A stretch of DNA of 64,000 bases from a virus (IMGVR_UViG_3300036819_000070), one strand, 5' to 3'. Positions 43,441 through 53,151 are shown, numbered from the stretch's first letter. A program made the numbers and translations. Notes: generated by a model from the letters alone, not told the origin.

Positions 43441-44247
43441 TTGGTGTGGATTCATATGTGCGGATTCAGTCGGCTACAAGGCCCTAATTACTCTCCCGAC
43501 CTTGTGACCCTCCTATGTCAAATCATCGCCGTTGAGCCGACCGTCAAGAGCACTACCTACAGTGCCGTCACGAAGTTGCACCACGACACTCAACGAGCCC
43601 AGAAGGACGGGCCTTTCGCCGGCCTCAGCCGCGTCTACACGCCGTTGGACAACGAAGGTGAGCAGCTCCCCGGTGAGTCAACCCGAGTGCAGTGGCGCAC
43701 CGATGACATCCTGCGGCAGATCGCTAACGCATCCACTCGGTTGTTCGACCTGGTTGCCACGAAAGACCACGCCAACTGCGATGCCAAAGCCGATGTGAAG
43801 GTCGGCGAGCTGGTGCTGTTGAAAAACGTACCGGTGACGTACCTGCTTTTTCTCGAGAAACAACTCAAGGATCTGCGGACCATCATTTCGAAGTTGCCGA
43901 CGTTGGACTTGGCCGAAGAGTGGCATTACGACGCGGCGCGCGGATGCTGGGCCACTGCGCCGGTGGAAACGACGCGCACGAAAAAGAACCCCAAGAACCA
44001 CGTACTAGCACCAGCCACCGACAAACACCCCGCGCAAGTCCACATGTACACCGTGGATGAGGTCGTTGGTACGTGGAAGACGATCAAGTTCTCGGGTGCG
44101 CTGCCGGCGGATCGGGTGGCCGTGCTGCTGGAGCGAGTAGAGACTTTGCAGCGGGCCGTGGCGTTCGCTCGCGAGCAAGCCAACACCCGCAAGGTGGAAG
44201 ACCAACACGTCGGCGATGCCCTGTTCGGGTACCTGCTGGCCGTGTAA
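43441..44247 (+). CDS. hypothetical protein
   Basis: 268-aa ORF, no recognisable motif. Confidence 0.45.
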   Translation: MVWIHMCGFSRLQGPNYSPDLVTLLCQIIAVEPTVKSTTYSAVTKLHHDTQRAQKDGPFAGLSRVYTPLDNEGEQLPGESTRVQWRTDDILRQIANASTRLFDLVATKDHANCDAKADVKVGELVLLKNVPVTYLLFLEKQLKDLRTIISKLPTLDLAEEWHYDAARGCWATAPVETTRTKKNPKNHVLAPATDKHPAQVHMYTVDEVVGTWKTIKFSGALPADRVAVLLERVETLQRAVAFAREQANTRKVEDQHVGDALFGYLLAV

Positions 44248-44253
44248 AAGGAT

Positions 44254-44392
44254 TGCGTCGTAGTCCAGCGGTCTAAGACACCGTGTAGCGAGGGGATCGA
44301 GGCCCCATCTCACCGTTAGCGCTAGCCAAGGTGAGACCCGCAAGGGAATGGCACCCGCCACGGTAACCCCGGTTCGAATCCGGGCGACGCAG
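44254..44392 (+). ncRNA. Aberrant 139-nt tRNA-like element (type-II D arm, intact T arm and acceptor, ~70-nt insert in anticodon arm)
   Basis: Acceptor TGCGTCG/CGACGCA (7/7), TA, D arm GTC-CAGCGGTCTAA-GAC, stem CCGTG...CACGG enclosing insert with GGGG-ATCGAGG-CCCC and CCC-GCAA-GGG hairpins, T arm CCCGG-TTCGAAT-CCGGG, discriminator G. Confidence 0.35.
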
Positions 44393-44694
44393 CGTGCTGA
44401 CCACAACTGACTATCTTCGGGCGATCGAGCTGTGCCGCGCGGCAGTGGACGCGCATTACTCAGACGATGGTGGTGCGACTGTCGCGGGGAGTTTCCTAGG
44501 CCAGCTTCGCGCGCTGCTCACGGAGCCGGGGGGTAGCGGTCCGGAGGGCACTGCCCTGGCCCCCCGGACCTAAATCGACCTGTATGAGATTCACAGTCTC
44601 AGGGTCTAATCCACCCAATTGCGGGTGCCAACGACGTTTAAGGACGCAGTCAGTGTGAAGTGGCTGTGTCTTGCCGCTAGACCACGGGCGCACG

Positions 44695-44722
44695 CGGAGC
44701 GCCCGGCGGGATTCGAACCCGC
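44695..44722 (-). other. Isolated tRNA 3'-half-like element (T arm + acceptor 3' strand), minus strand
   Basis: CGCGGG-TTCGAAT-CCCGC-CGGGCGC-T; no matching 5' acceptor GCGCCCG within 100 nt. Confidence 0.3.
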
Positions 44723-45092
44723 GTTCCCAACCGTTCTTCGCCGCTATCCATTTGATTTGGCACCGGATGGCAATACTCAAACTGGAGCGAGAGTCTCAAG
44801 CGTGATGCGTGTGGGACCGTTGCCTCTACCGGTTGGGCTACTCGGGCTCGTGTGCCCGAGGGAGGGGTCGAACCTCCACTGATGGTCCTACTACTTGAAT
44901 CTGATTCGTCAGTTTCAGTTTGCGCTCCTGCGTTAGCCACCGTACCCGACAGGGCGACACGGTCCACGGGCTGTGGTCATCCCGTGCGGCGAGTGGGGCA
45001 ACCGCAAGCCCCCAAAGCGTGAAGGTGCACAGGAAACATGAATTGACGGGGTACGGTGTTGGGCGGTCCGACGCCTAGGAAGGTCAAACACC

Positions 45093-45494
45093 TTGATCGA
45101 TACCATGCGCAAGATCGAACATCTGGTTACCCCCGACGACCTGACCACTTTCCGGTTCAAAGGCAAAACCACTCACGTCCTGTCCACCGCAGCCCTCGCC
45201 GCGTGGATCGAAGATCTAGCCATGAACACCATCGCTGAAAACAGTGACCTTGATCCACTCGGCGCCCGGCTGATCCTCGACATCAGGCACCGTCGTGCCG
45301 CCGTGCTCGGCGCCACCGTAGAGATCACCGTGACGTGCACCGACGCGGACGGTCTGCGGACCGAGTGGGAAGTTCTAGCCCAAGACGACTTCGGCGATGT
45401 CCTCGTGACGGGCGTCGTACTGTTCGTGGAAGTCGATCCCGAGGACTACTACCACCGATACGTGCTCCCCAAGCTGATCAACCGCTCGCCTTAG
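45093..45494 (+). CDS. hotdog-fold thioesterase-like protein
   Basis: 133 aa; pattern resembles FlK/4HBT-type thioesterases. Confidence 0.45.
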   Translation: MIDTMRKIEHLVTPDDLTTFRFKGKTTHVLSTAALAAWIEDLAMNTIAENSDLDPLGARLILDIRHRRAAVLGATVEITVTCTDADGLRTEWEVLAQDDFGDVLVTGVVLFVEVDPEDYYHRYVLPKLINRSP

Positions 45495-45772
45495 CACGGT
45501 TCGGGAATCACCTCGAATCCGCCCACGGCCTCAACGAGCCGGATCGCGAGGACATCGCGGCGGTGCACGTCGTAGTAGCCACGGCACACCGCCGGCCCCA
45601 CCTCGGGATGCTCACCGTGGGGCAGCGTTTTGTGGCAGGTCAGCGCGGCATCAGCGGCCAGGTTCGCCGCAATCAGATCCTCGAACCGGCCAGGGCGTAG
45701 GTGCATGAGGTTGCCGGGCCGGAACACGCACGTGGTGCATTTCACGGCCAGCAGCTGAGGTCGACGGGTCAT
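45491..45772 (-). CDS. Cys/His-rich hypothetical protein
   Basis: CTTCVF...CHKTLPHGEH...CRGYYDVH. Confidence 0.35.
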   Translation of the reverse strand: MTRRPQLLAVKCTTCVFRPGNLMHLRPGRFEDLIAANLAADAALTCHKTLPHGEHPEVGPAVCRGYYDVHRRDVLAIRLVEAVGGFEVIPEPC

Positions 45773-46482
45773 GGCCGCTCAGGGGGGGAAAGGGTATACA
45801 TTTCTTGACGCCCTCCGAGCATGCGTTGCACTTGGCGGATACCTCGCTGAGTCTCGGTGGTCTTAGATAATTGCGCCGCTTCCACGTCGGTAGGTTCGCG
45901 GAGAATCACGTCACCTGGCATCGGGCCGCTGGCGAACATCGACGGCTTGGAGCAGTTGGTGCAAATCGACACGCTTCTCCCGGAAACCTGCGGCAGCCGG
46001 GTTTTGTCGTCACCGACCGGTGTGTGGGACGCTCCCGAGAAGCCGCAGTAAGGGCAGCGCGGCCTATTCTCCTCTTTAGCGGGGGTGATGAGTTCCGCTA
46101 GACTTGGCTTTCTGTCGGATTCCTTGCTGACGATAAGTTCCTCTAGGCTCGGCTTTCCGTCGTCTTCTTTGCCGAGGAAAAGGGCCTCTAGTCGGGCGAA
46201 CTCAGCGGAGACCTTTTCGACGCTGGCGTTCATAGCCGCTTGGGTGGCTACCTCCATGATCTTTAGCTGCCGGGTGACTTCGGCGGGGACGACCTCAGCG
46301 ACGTGAGCCAGGGTGAACTGCTGCGCTTCGGTGATCAGGGCCCTGAGTTCTGTCCTCATCTCAGCGAGGGCCTGTATCGCTTCGTGGGCTTCCCGCGTCG
46401 CAGCTCGGCACTCCTCGGCAGCTTTCAGCGTCCGGGCGGCCGGGTCGGCGGCCTGCTGCTGTCCTTTACGTCCGGCCATCAC
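45769..46482 (-). CDS. coiled-coil protein with ClpX-type C4 zinc finger
   Basis: RCPYCGFSGASH...SVSICTNC resembles the ClpX N-terminal zinc-binding domain; internal EDDGKPSLEEL/SDRKPSLAEL repeats. Confidence 0.5.
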   Translation of the reverse strand: MMAGRKGQQQAADPAARTLKAAEECRAATREAHEAIQALAEMRTELRALITEAQQFTLAHVAEVVPAEVTRQLKIMEVATQAAMNASVEKVSAEFARLEALFLGKEDDGKPSLEELIVSKESDRKPSLAELITPAKEENRPRCPYCGFSGASHTPVGDDKTRLPQVSGRSVSICTNCSKPSMFASGPMPGDVILREPTDVEAAQLSKTTETQRGIRQVQRMLGGRQEMYTLSPPERP

Positions 46483-46715
46483 TCGCCCCCCGACCTAATC
46501 ACTCGGACCGCCTACCCGAGGGGTCCAGCTGTTCACCCCACCGCATCTAGGGCATGGGCGGCGAATAGCTCGGCCCGTGATCCGGGTTGTGGCGGCGAAA
46601 CCGCCTGAACCGTGGCACCGCTTACATCCCTTTTTTGGCCATCGCATGGCCCGCACTCCCTGCGACACCACCGCCGCGATGATCAGCAAGTCGATGATTG
46701 ACCAGTCGAACACAC

Positions 46716-47852
46716 TCATCGCGGTGAGGGCGACGGTCGCCGGGTGGCGCGGCAATCCCTGCCGGTGGCTATCGACTCGTGAAGGTCCATCGTTTCGGTG
46801 GTCGCTTCCTCCGATTGGCGTGACCATCCGCAGGGTGAGGTGACGACCCATAGGCCGCAGTCGGCTACTTCCTCGACGGTGTCGAACGCCGTCCGGTGTC
46901 GAGCGAGGGATTCATCCCAGGGCCCTACCCCAGCTCGGACGAGCCCGGCCATGGGGCGCACACCGGTCGGGAGTTCGAGGTCTTGCGTCGGCAGGTAGAA
47001 CTTGCGACTAGTCGGTACCGGATTGAGCCGGTCACCGAACGGGAACGTGAACCCGTCGAGGATCTGATCCTTCGGGAAGTGTTCGCTTGCGGCATTGGCC
47101 CCGTGTACCAGCGGGCCGGCGTCACTGAGGCTGACAACGGGTGTGTCATGTTTGTTCCCGCAGCAGAAGTGGATGATCCACCGGCTGCCTTTCGGTGCCT
47201 GTGCGATGAACGCGCATGCCCGACTCATCACCTTGTCCGCGATGCGCGCTTGGAGCCAGCGCGGTGCTTCGGCTATCGCAATGGTTTGCAGTGGCCCTTC
47301 CCAGTGGAAGGTGACATTGCCGCCGGTGAGTTCGTAGATGCGTTCGATCTCAGCGAGCATGGCTTTCGCTTCGAGGTCGTAGGCGCTCCACGGGCGCCAC
47401 GACGAAAACCACGCCATGTTGTCCGGGTCCGGGATGCTTTGCTGGAGTGTGAGGTCGTCCCGTACGTCGATGCTGGGATCGCTGGTGATCTCAGAGAAAA
47501 CTTTCCACGCTTTCGCCGCTTCGTCCGCGTAAGGGAGTTGTAGCATCGCGGGGGTCAGGGTGACACCGGGTGCGGCCCGGTACCGTCCTGGCTCCCACAC
47601 CGGCCACCACAGCCGGGGTAACTGTTTGCCGGCTTTGTCGTTGCGACTCATTCGGGATTTGCGGCTGACGGTGAAGTACGGGTTATTCTCGCGGGCCTCA
47701 AGCGTTTCGATGACCCAGTTCGGGAAGGGGATTTCGCACGTGGGGAGGGTGCGGATCCTGCGCTTGAAACGCCGGGCGAGCCGGTTCATGCCTTGCCTTG
47801 TGTTTTCCGCCCGGACGGTGCCGATGACGTGAATATCTCGTGAGCCTTGCAC
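46716..47852 (-). CDS. hypothetical protein (378 aa)
   Basis: Long ORF, no assignable family; HFCCGNKHD segment. Confidence 0.5.
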   Translation of the reverse strand: MQGSRDIHVIGTVRAENTRQGMNRLARRFKRRIRTLPTCEIPFPNWVIETLEARENNPYFTVSRKSRMSRNDKAGKQLPRLWWPVWEPGRYRAAPGVTLTPAMLQLPYADEAAKAWKVFSEITSDPSIDVRDDLTLQQSIPDPDNMAWFSSWRPWSAYDLEAKAMLAEIERIYELTGGNVTFHWEGPLQTIAIAEAPRWLQARIADKVMSRACAFIAQAPKGSRWIIHFCCGNKHDTPVVSLSDAGPLVHGANAASEHFPKDQILDGFTFPFGDRLNPVPTSRKFYLPTQDLELPTGVRPMAGLVRAGVGPWDESLARHRTAFDTVEEVADCGLWVVTSPCGWSRQSEEATTETMDLHESIATGRDCRATRRPSPSPR

Positions 47853-48178
47853 GGTCGTCTTCTTTCGATTGTGGGCGGATAAAGGCGAGGGAGGGGCCGA
47901 CGCGGTGTGGGGGGAATCGGCCCCTCCCCCTATTTCCGCCGCCCAGTCGATCGGGGACGACCCTGGGCGCGGAAATCTAGGAGGCTTTCGCGAGCCGGCG
48001 CCTTTCGCGACGGCGGGCGTTCCGTGCGGTCATATCGGCTCTGTGGTCTTTCCCGGCCTGTTCGGCCTCTGTGAATGAGTAGAAGACGCGGATCGCGACC
48101 CACCCGCACATTTCGCTCGGGGCGAGGCACCTCACACCGAAAGTCGGTGGTGTGCTGTAAGCGGGAATCACTTCACAG

Positions 48179-48931
48179 TCATGGGGGCCCGTGTAGAACG
48201 GTTTCGGTTCTTGGTCCGCCGCCGACGGTAAGTCGAATGGCGGCGCTTCGTTGCCTCGTCTCATGGACCTTACTTTCTCCGTTCTCGTTGTCCAGTCCAA
48301 TGCCCCAAACGCGCATGTGGTTCAGCGATTGATCGCGGGCTCGGGAAACTAGCCAGTGGGCGCGGATCCATTCATGCCTCTTGCCCATGATCCGCTTGTT
48401 CGCGTGGGGCCCGTCGTTGCCGATGTGAATGTATTCGGCCTGGCTGATGATCGCGGTTTCGTCTACCCCCGCGACGGAGCCTTCCTCGTCTCCTGGTTGC
48501 CACAGCTGCGTGACCCAGGCCCCTATGACGACATCCGGCTGGAAGTGCTTCACCGCTCGGTTGGCGCCGTACTCTTGCACGTCAGGTGGGGGCGTGGTCG
48601 GTTCCTGCCCTAACGACCGGTAGTAGGCAGCCATCTTCGGCTTAGCGAGCATGTAAGAGTCAGTTCTCGGGATCCCAAGTGCCCTGCCGATCGCGCCGTT
48701 ACCAGCGCAAATCTCTATGGCCTTCCGTCCCGCTATTTGCTCGGACAGCCAACCCAGTAGTTCTTCGGTGGGGAACTGATAGACCCCCCTTTTCACGCAC
48801 CATATCTGCAACGTGGCCAACGGCAGCTCTTCGAGCTTCCAGGTAGGTACCACGTTGAGTAGTCCGTCGGGGCCGAGCATTAACTTGTCCACCGGCAAGA
48901 TATCGGCGTCAGGCAGCGTCCACGCTCGCAT
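48179..48931 (-). CDS. SAM-dependent methyltransferase-like protein
   Basis: Rossmann motif IEICAGNGAIGRALG (E.G.G.G); no NPPY/DPPY, so substrate unclear. Confidence 0.45.
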   Translation of the reverse strand: MRAWTLPDADILPVDKLMLGPDGLLNVVPTWKLEELPLATLQIWCVKRGVYQFPTEELLGWLSEQIAGRKAIEICAGNGAIGRALGIPRTDSYMLAKPKMAAYYRSLGQEPTTPPPDVQEYGANRAVKHFQPDVVIGAWVTQLWQPGDEEGSVAGVDETAIISQAEYIHIGNDGPHANKRIMGKRHEWIRAHWLVSRARDQSLNHMRVWGIGLDNENGESKVHETRQRSAAIRLTVGGGPRTETVLHGPP

Positions 48932-48941
48932 GGTCTTCCCC

Positions 48942-49472
48942 TCACTCCGGGCTCATGCCGCCGACAACGGCTCTCGTGAACCGTCGCCATCGGGCGGGAA
49001 CCTCAACGGCAGCGTGGGCGGCGGCCCGCGTGTCGGGTTCCGCGAGCCAGGCACGCATTTCACCTATCAATTCCCACGCCAGCTTGGCGTGCCCAGCAGC
49101 CTCGATCTCAGCCCACTGAACCGGGTGGAACATCACTTGTCGGCCACCGGCGCGGCGGAAACAAACCCAGTCGGCCACCCGGAAACCCTCTATCACGAAA
49201 GCGCCTTTGACGTAGCAGGCGGTACCACACAACTCGCAGGGACGAGCCCATTCCGGTGCATCCGCGTCAGGGTCCGGCCCGTAACCGTCCTCAGCGTCGC
49301 GAGCGTCCTCAGTGCGGTTACACACCACCCACTCAGGTAGGGCCCGCTTGCCGTCTCGTTGCTGTTCGAGCCACTCCGTGAAGTCGAGCGACGCTCGCGG
49401 GACTCGCGTCGGTAACCGCTCAGCGGTGCCGTTCATCAGCCCACAGTCCAATGGAACTGGTCGGGTTTCCAA
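48942..49472 (-). CDS. Cys-containing hypothetical protein
   Basis: 176 aa; CELCGTACY. Confidence 0.4.
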   Translation of the reverse strand: METRPVPLDCGLMNGTAERLPTRVPRASLDFTEWLEQQRDGKRALPEWVVCNRTEDARDAEDGYGPDPDADAPEWARPCELCGTACYVKGAFVIEGFRVADWVCFRRAGGRQVMFHPVQWAEIEAAGHAKLAWELIGEMRAWLAEPDTRAAAHAAVEVPARWRRFTRAVVGGMSPE

Positions 49473-49685
49473 CGCCAGGGGTAGTCAGCGAAAACGTAAT
49501 GGTGTATGACATCCACCATCTTTTCGAAGCCGTTCGAGCATTGCGGTTCGACGGGTTCCGGATCCTCCAAGTGACCGTGACGGCCGTTCATATCCGCCAC
49601 GGTCAATCGAGTTACCTCGGTGATCTTCTTGCCGTCCATGGTTGCCGTCCCTTTCAGTTGGTGCCCTGCCGGGCACGCTGGCCGG

Positions 49686-50057
49686 TCATAGGGGGCCTTT
49701 CCCTTCCGACGCGCGATCGGTGTTGATCGCTTCGAGGGTGGCCAGCGCCTCAGCCCGCAACGACCGAGGCTGCGGCGCGTAGCAGTCACACTGCTCATAG
49801 ACGTGACTCCAGAGGGGCCGAACAGAGCACTCCAAATGGATCGGTCGCCACGTCGCGGTAGCCCGCTGGGTACCGACGTCGAGATCAGTGAAGTGATCAA
49901 CAACGAGCACCACCAGTCCACGGTCAGCGGGTTCGATTGGTTCGTTGCAATCCAAACACAATTCCCCAACCGGGATAGGGACCTCGACGGCCAGTTCGGC
50001 ATCCGGTGAGTTCCATCGGGTGCCGAAGAACCTGCGGGGGACGTCGAGTTCGATCAC
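49686..50057 (-). CDS. hypothetical protein
   Basis: 123 aa; CLDCNEP; overlaps alternative ORF 49436..50002. Confidence 0.35.
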   Translation of the reverse strand: MIELDVPRRFFGTRWNSPDAELAVEVPIPVGELCLDCNEPIEPADRGLVVLVVDHFTDLDVGTQRATATWRPIHLECSVRPLWSHVYEQCDCYAPQPRSLRAEALATLEAINTDRASEGKGPL

Positions 50058-50299
50058 AAGACCTGCCCGTCTTCTGAGCAGATGCGCCGGCCAGCGGTCC
50101 CGTTGATCTCAGCAACGAGCGCCCAATCTGATTCGCCGGCCATGAGGAGCACGACCACGTTGGGCAACCTCGGGTCGATTCTCGCCAGGTCCACTCGGGC
50201 GGGGACGCCTTCATGGAGTAGCTCCGTTTCCCGGCGCGGCATTGCCAGTACCACCATCGGGGCACCGTCGTCCATCGTTTTCACGAACGCCTTGATCAC
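50054..50299 (-). CDS. hypothetical protein
   Basis: 81-aa ORF, first gene of a minus-strand run. Confidence 0.4.
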   Translation of the reverse strand: MIKAFVKTMDDGAPMVVLAMPRRETELLHEGVPARVDLARIDPRLPNVVVLLMAGESDWALVAEINGTAGRRICSEDGQVL

Positions 50300-51088
50300 G
50301 CGTCCGCCTTCCCCCGTCGTTGCTGCACCCGCCGCCTCCCCCGCGTTGTCACACGACCTGTGTTACGACACGCGTTTCTACGTTACGCCATGCTGTGCTG
50401 TCAATTCCAGACGCGCGATTAGGCCCGGCCGGGTCGTGGGGCCACACCTCCGTGTCGGGGGCAGGAGGTGGCTCAACCCACGACCCGAACCGGGGTCAGG
50501 GGGCGATTAACGCCTCGATCGCTGGGCCGGGACGGTGGAAACGGACGCGGATTTGCAACCCCAGCAGGAGCGTTCCCCCGGCTCAACCATGGGCGCGGGG
50601 AGGATGATCGCGCCGCACAGCGCCACGTAATCGGCTGCCGGCGAGAGCCCAGCGGCGTGCGCGTCGGGCGTCAAAAGGTGGATCAGCCTGTCCCGTGCGT
50701 CTACCAGGTCGATGGTGTGCACCCGCCGCCGTCGGCCAGTGGCGGGCGGATCCAGCCGGTGTCTCGCCATATAGGGACCACTCTGCCTTCGGTTTGGACC
50801 GACCGGCCGCCGGTGGAAACGGGTCAAGCGTCCGGCGGCCGGTCGGAGCTAAGCGCCGTCCGGCCCCGGCCCCCAGGGCGGCAGGGCCGGACGACTCGAC
50901 GTCAACCCTGTGTCGACGCCATGCGGCACGTGACTAGAGTCACCCGCCTCGCGCCCAAAGTAGGTTGGGCACGTGTCCTACGTCAAGTGCCGACGCCCAA
51001 GCAGGTGACTGGTCTTGGAGGGCTAGCTGGTGCAAACTGGACGCTAATGGAGGCTCCCGTGGTAGAGGACAACAGTCCGACGGTGCGA

Positions 51089-51928
51089 ATGCGCCAGCTC
51101 GGCATGGAGCTACGCCGCTACCGCGAAGCCGCCAGCAAGAGCCAACGGGACGCCGCCGATTGGCTCGGGTACAGCAGCGGTGGCCACACCCAGATCAGCA
51201 AGATCGAACGCGGCCAGCGACCCGTCAGGGTGGACACCGTCAAAGCGCTCTGCCAGCTGTACGGCGTTACCGATCCAGTCACGACCGAATACCTCGAAGG
51301 GCTCGCCCGTGACTCCCGTCAACACGGCTGGTGGGTGGAATACGGCGACACCGTGCCAGAGTGGTTCGGCAAGCTCCTAGGCATCGAAACTAGCGCCACC
51401 GAAGTGTGGACCTATGAGTCTGAGTACGTCCCCGGCCTACTCCAAGCCGAGGGGTACGTCAGGGCCATCGCTGCCGCAGCCACCCGCAGCGACGCCGACC
51501 GATTCAGTGCCCTGCGAGCGGACCGGCAAAAGCGGCTCACCGACAGCAACCCGCTGATCCTCCGAGCGGTACTCAACGAGGCCGTACTGTGCCGACGGGT
51601 AGGCCTTCCCGACGTGATGCACCAGCAGGTCCGGCACATCATCGACATCGCTGCCCTGCCGAACGTCACCGTTCAGGTGCTGCCGTTCTCAGTCGGAGCC
51701 CATCCAGCGATGAGCGGTCCTTTCTCGGCGTTGCGGTTTCCTGGCACACCGACGATGGACACGGTGTATCTGGAGTTCAAAGGCGGCGCCATCTACAAGG
51801 AAAAACCGGCAGACGTCGAACGCTACACAACGAGCTTCGAGCGCTTGACCGATCTCGCGCTCGATGAAGAGGAAACACTGACTTATCTCGAAAACATGGA
51901 GAGGAGGTATACAGAATGGTATTCATGA
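51089..51928 (+). CDS. XRE-family HTH regulator with DUF5753-type C-terminal domain
   Basis: MRQLGMELRRYREAASKSQRDAADWLGYSSGGHTQISKIERGQR HTH; rest of protein and pairing with DUF397 gene typical of actinomycete loci; alternative ATG 51047. Confidence 0.7.
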   Translation: MRQLGMELRRYREAASKSQRDAADWLGYSSGGHTQISKIERGQRPVRVDTVKALCQLYGVTDPVTTEYLEGLARDSRQHGWWVEYGDTVPEWFGKLLGIETSATEVWTYESEYVPGLLQAEGYVRAIAAAATRSDADRFSALRADRQKRLTDSNPLILRAVLNEAVLCRRVGLPDVMHQQVRHIIDIAALPNVTVQVLPFSVGAHPAMSGPFSALRFPGTPTMDTVYLEFKGGAIYKEKPADVERYTTSFERLTDLALDEEETLTYLENMERRYTEWYS

Positions 51929-52116
51929 TTGGTGGCCTGGCGTTCAGGACGAGCGAATACAGCGGTGATGAGGGGAACTGCGTTGCAGTCGCCGAACCCG
52001 GCAATGGTGACCGTGTCGTGCTGGACTCAAAGGACCTCACGGGACCACAGCTGACGGTCACCGGGCCGGCTTGGGCTGCGTTCACCAGCGGTATCCGTGA
52101 CGGCGAGTTTGACTAG
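51916..52116 (+). CDS. DUF397 domain protein
   Basis: FRTSEYSGDEGNCVAVAE...VLDSKDLTGPQLTVTGPAWAAF matches the DUF397 signature; GAGGAGG RBS; overlaps XRE stop. Confidence 0.7.
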   Translation: MVFMIGGLAFRTSEYSGDEGNCVAVAEPGNGDRVVLDSKDLTGPQLTVTGPAWAAFTSGIRDGEFD

Positions 52117-52370
52117 GACAGCTATGGCGGATGGCTTATACACCTCGGCATTCGAATTGCTAGAAGCCTTCACGAGAAAAGATCCGAAACCGTCAGATCT
52201 GGAGGTGAGACATTTCGCAGCAACCCTGAAACTCGCTTTACCTGCCCCGCGTTGGCCGGCGGACTACGCAGACCTCGCGGAAGCGCGAAGGAGATCGGTG
52301 ATCGCTCAACTGGAAGGGACGTTTTTGCCCTTCGAGCAACCATGTGACGCTCAATGAAGGAGTAGAGCAA

Positions 52371-52532
52371 TGCCGCATATGTCAACTAAGGCCCCGGCCC
52401 CACGCAACAGCATCGACGGTGGGTCCACGCAGGGCGAGGACAGAGTGTCCAAGTTGGTCTACTACCAGATCGAGGACGGGGAGGCCCTACCCGTAGCGGG
52501 TACCCGGCAGCTGGTCACCGCCGCGTCCTAAC
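52371..52532 (+). CDS. small ORF (53 aa), uncertain
   Basis: Strong GAAGGAG RBS; followed by a 15-bp-stem hairpin. Confidence 0.25.
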
Positions 52533-52544
52533 GCGTAACAGCTG

Positions 52545-52581
52545 CGGGGAGTAGCGCTTCGGTAGAGCGCTACTCCCCGCA
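52545..52581 (+). terminator. Perfect 15-bp-stem hairpin (terminator-like, no T run)
   Basis: GCGGGGAGTAGCGCT-TCGGTAG-AGCGCTACTCCCCGC followed by G8 run. Confidence 0.35.
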
Positions 52582-52601
52582 AGTTTGGGGGGGGAGTACC
52601 A

Positions 52602-52868
52602 ATGGTTAACCATCACTGGCGGGACTGTCGCCCTATCCTGCTCGACGTTTCATGCGGGGGTGCTCATGCGGCGCCCCCGTCGCCGGCCGCTGAACGTAAC
52701 GTACGTAGGCGTCAAATGTTGCAGACGCTATGGACTTCCCTGGCTGATAGTGACCGTGAAGCGTTCCACCGTTTTTATTGTCTTAGATCTCGTGATTCCG
52801 CTGATCTCGTTGCCGTTTCACGGCTGTCACAGATTTTGCGGTTGGAGTTAGAGTTGCTGGAGGATTAG
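52602..52868 (+). CDS. hypothetical protein
   Basis: 88-aa ORF with GGGGGGAG RBS. Confidence 0.35.
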   Translation: MVNHHWRDCRPILLDVSCGGAHAAPPSPAAERNVRRRQMLQTLWTSLADSDREAFHRFYCLRSRDSADLVAVSRLSQILRLELELLED

Positions 52869-53151
52869 CGCGGGGTCGACTGTGGAGGCAGTTCCGGCAC
52901 ACCATGCAGGGGCCGTCGGGTTGCCAGCCTTCCAGCCAGTGATGGCAGCCGATCCGACACCAGGTCGCGGCGCCGAGTTTCGGTTTCCATTTGAAATCCC
53001 ACGCGAGGTTTAGGTGGTTTCGCCAGCCGCCTGGTAGCGACCGGCAATAGGCGTTACCGAGCAAGTGATCCAGCGGATGAAAGATCGAGAAGTCTAGTTG
53101 CCTGATTACGGGCGGTCCGTCGTCGCTCACGAGCAGTAATTTTATGGGTGT

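Noticed and set aside
44840-44960. Minus-strand tRNA suggested by GGAGGTTCGACCCCTCC T-arm-like hairpin
   Set aside because: No acceptor pairing, D arm or anticodon arm could be built. More likely tandem terminator-type hairpins.
44695-45090. tmRNA (ssrA) on minus strand, suggested by the tmRNA-like 3' end CGCGGGTTCGAATCCCGCC
   Set aside because: No 5' acceptor partner and no tag-peptide ORF ending in ALAA* within ~400 nt upstream. Only the T-arm/acceptor fragment is present.
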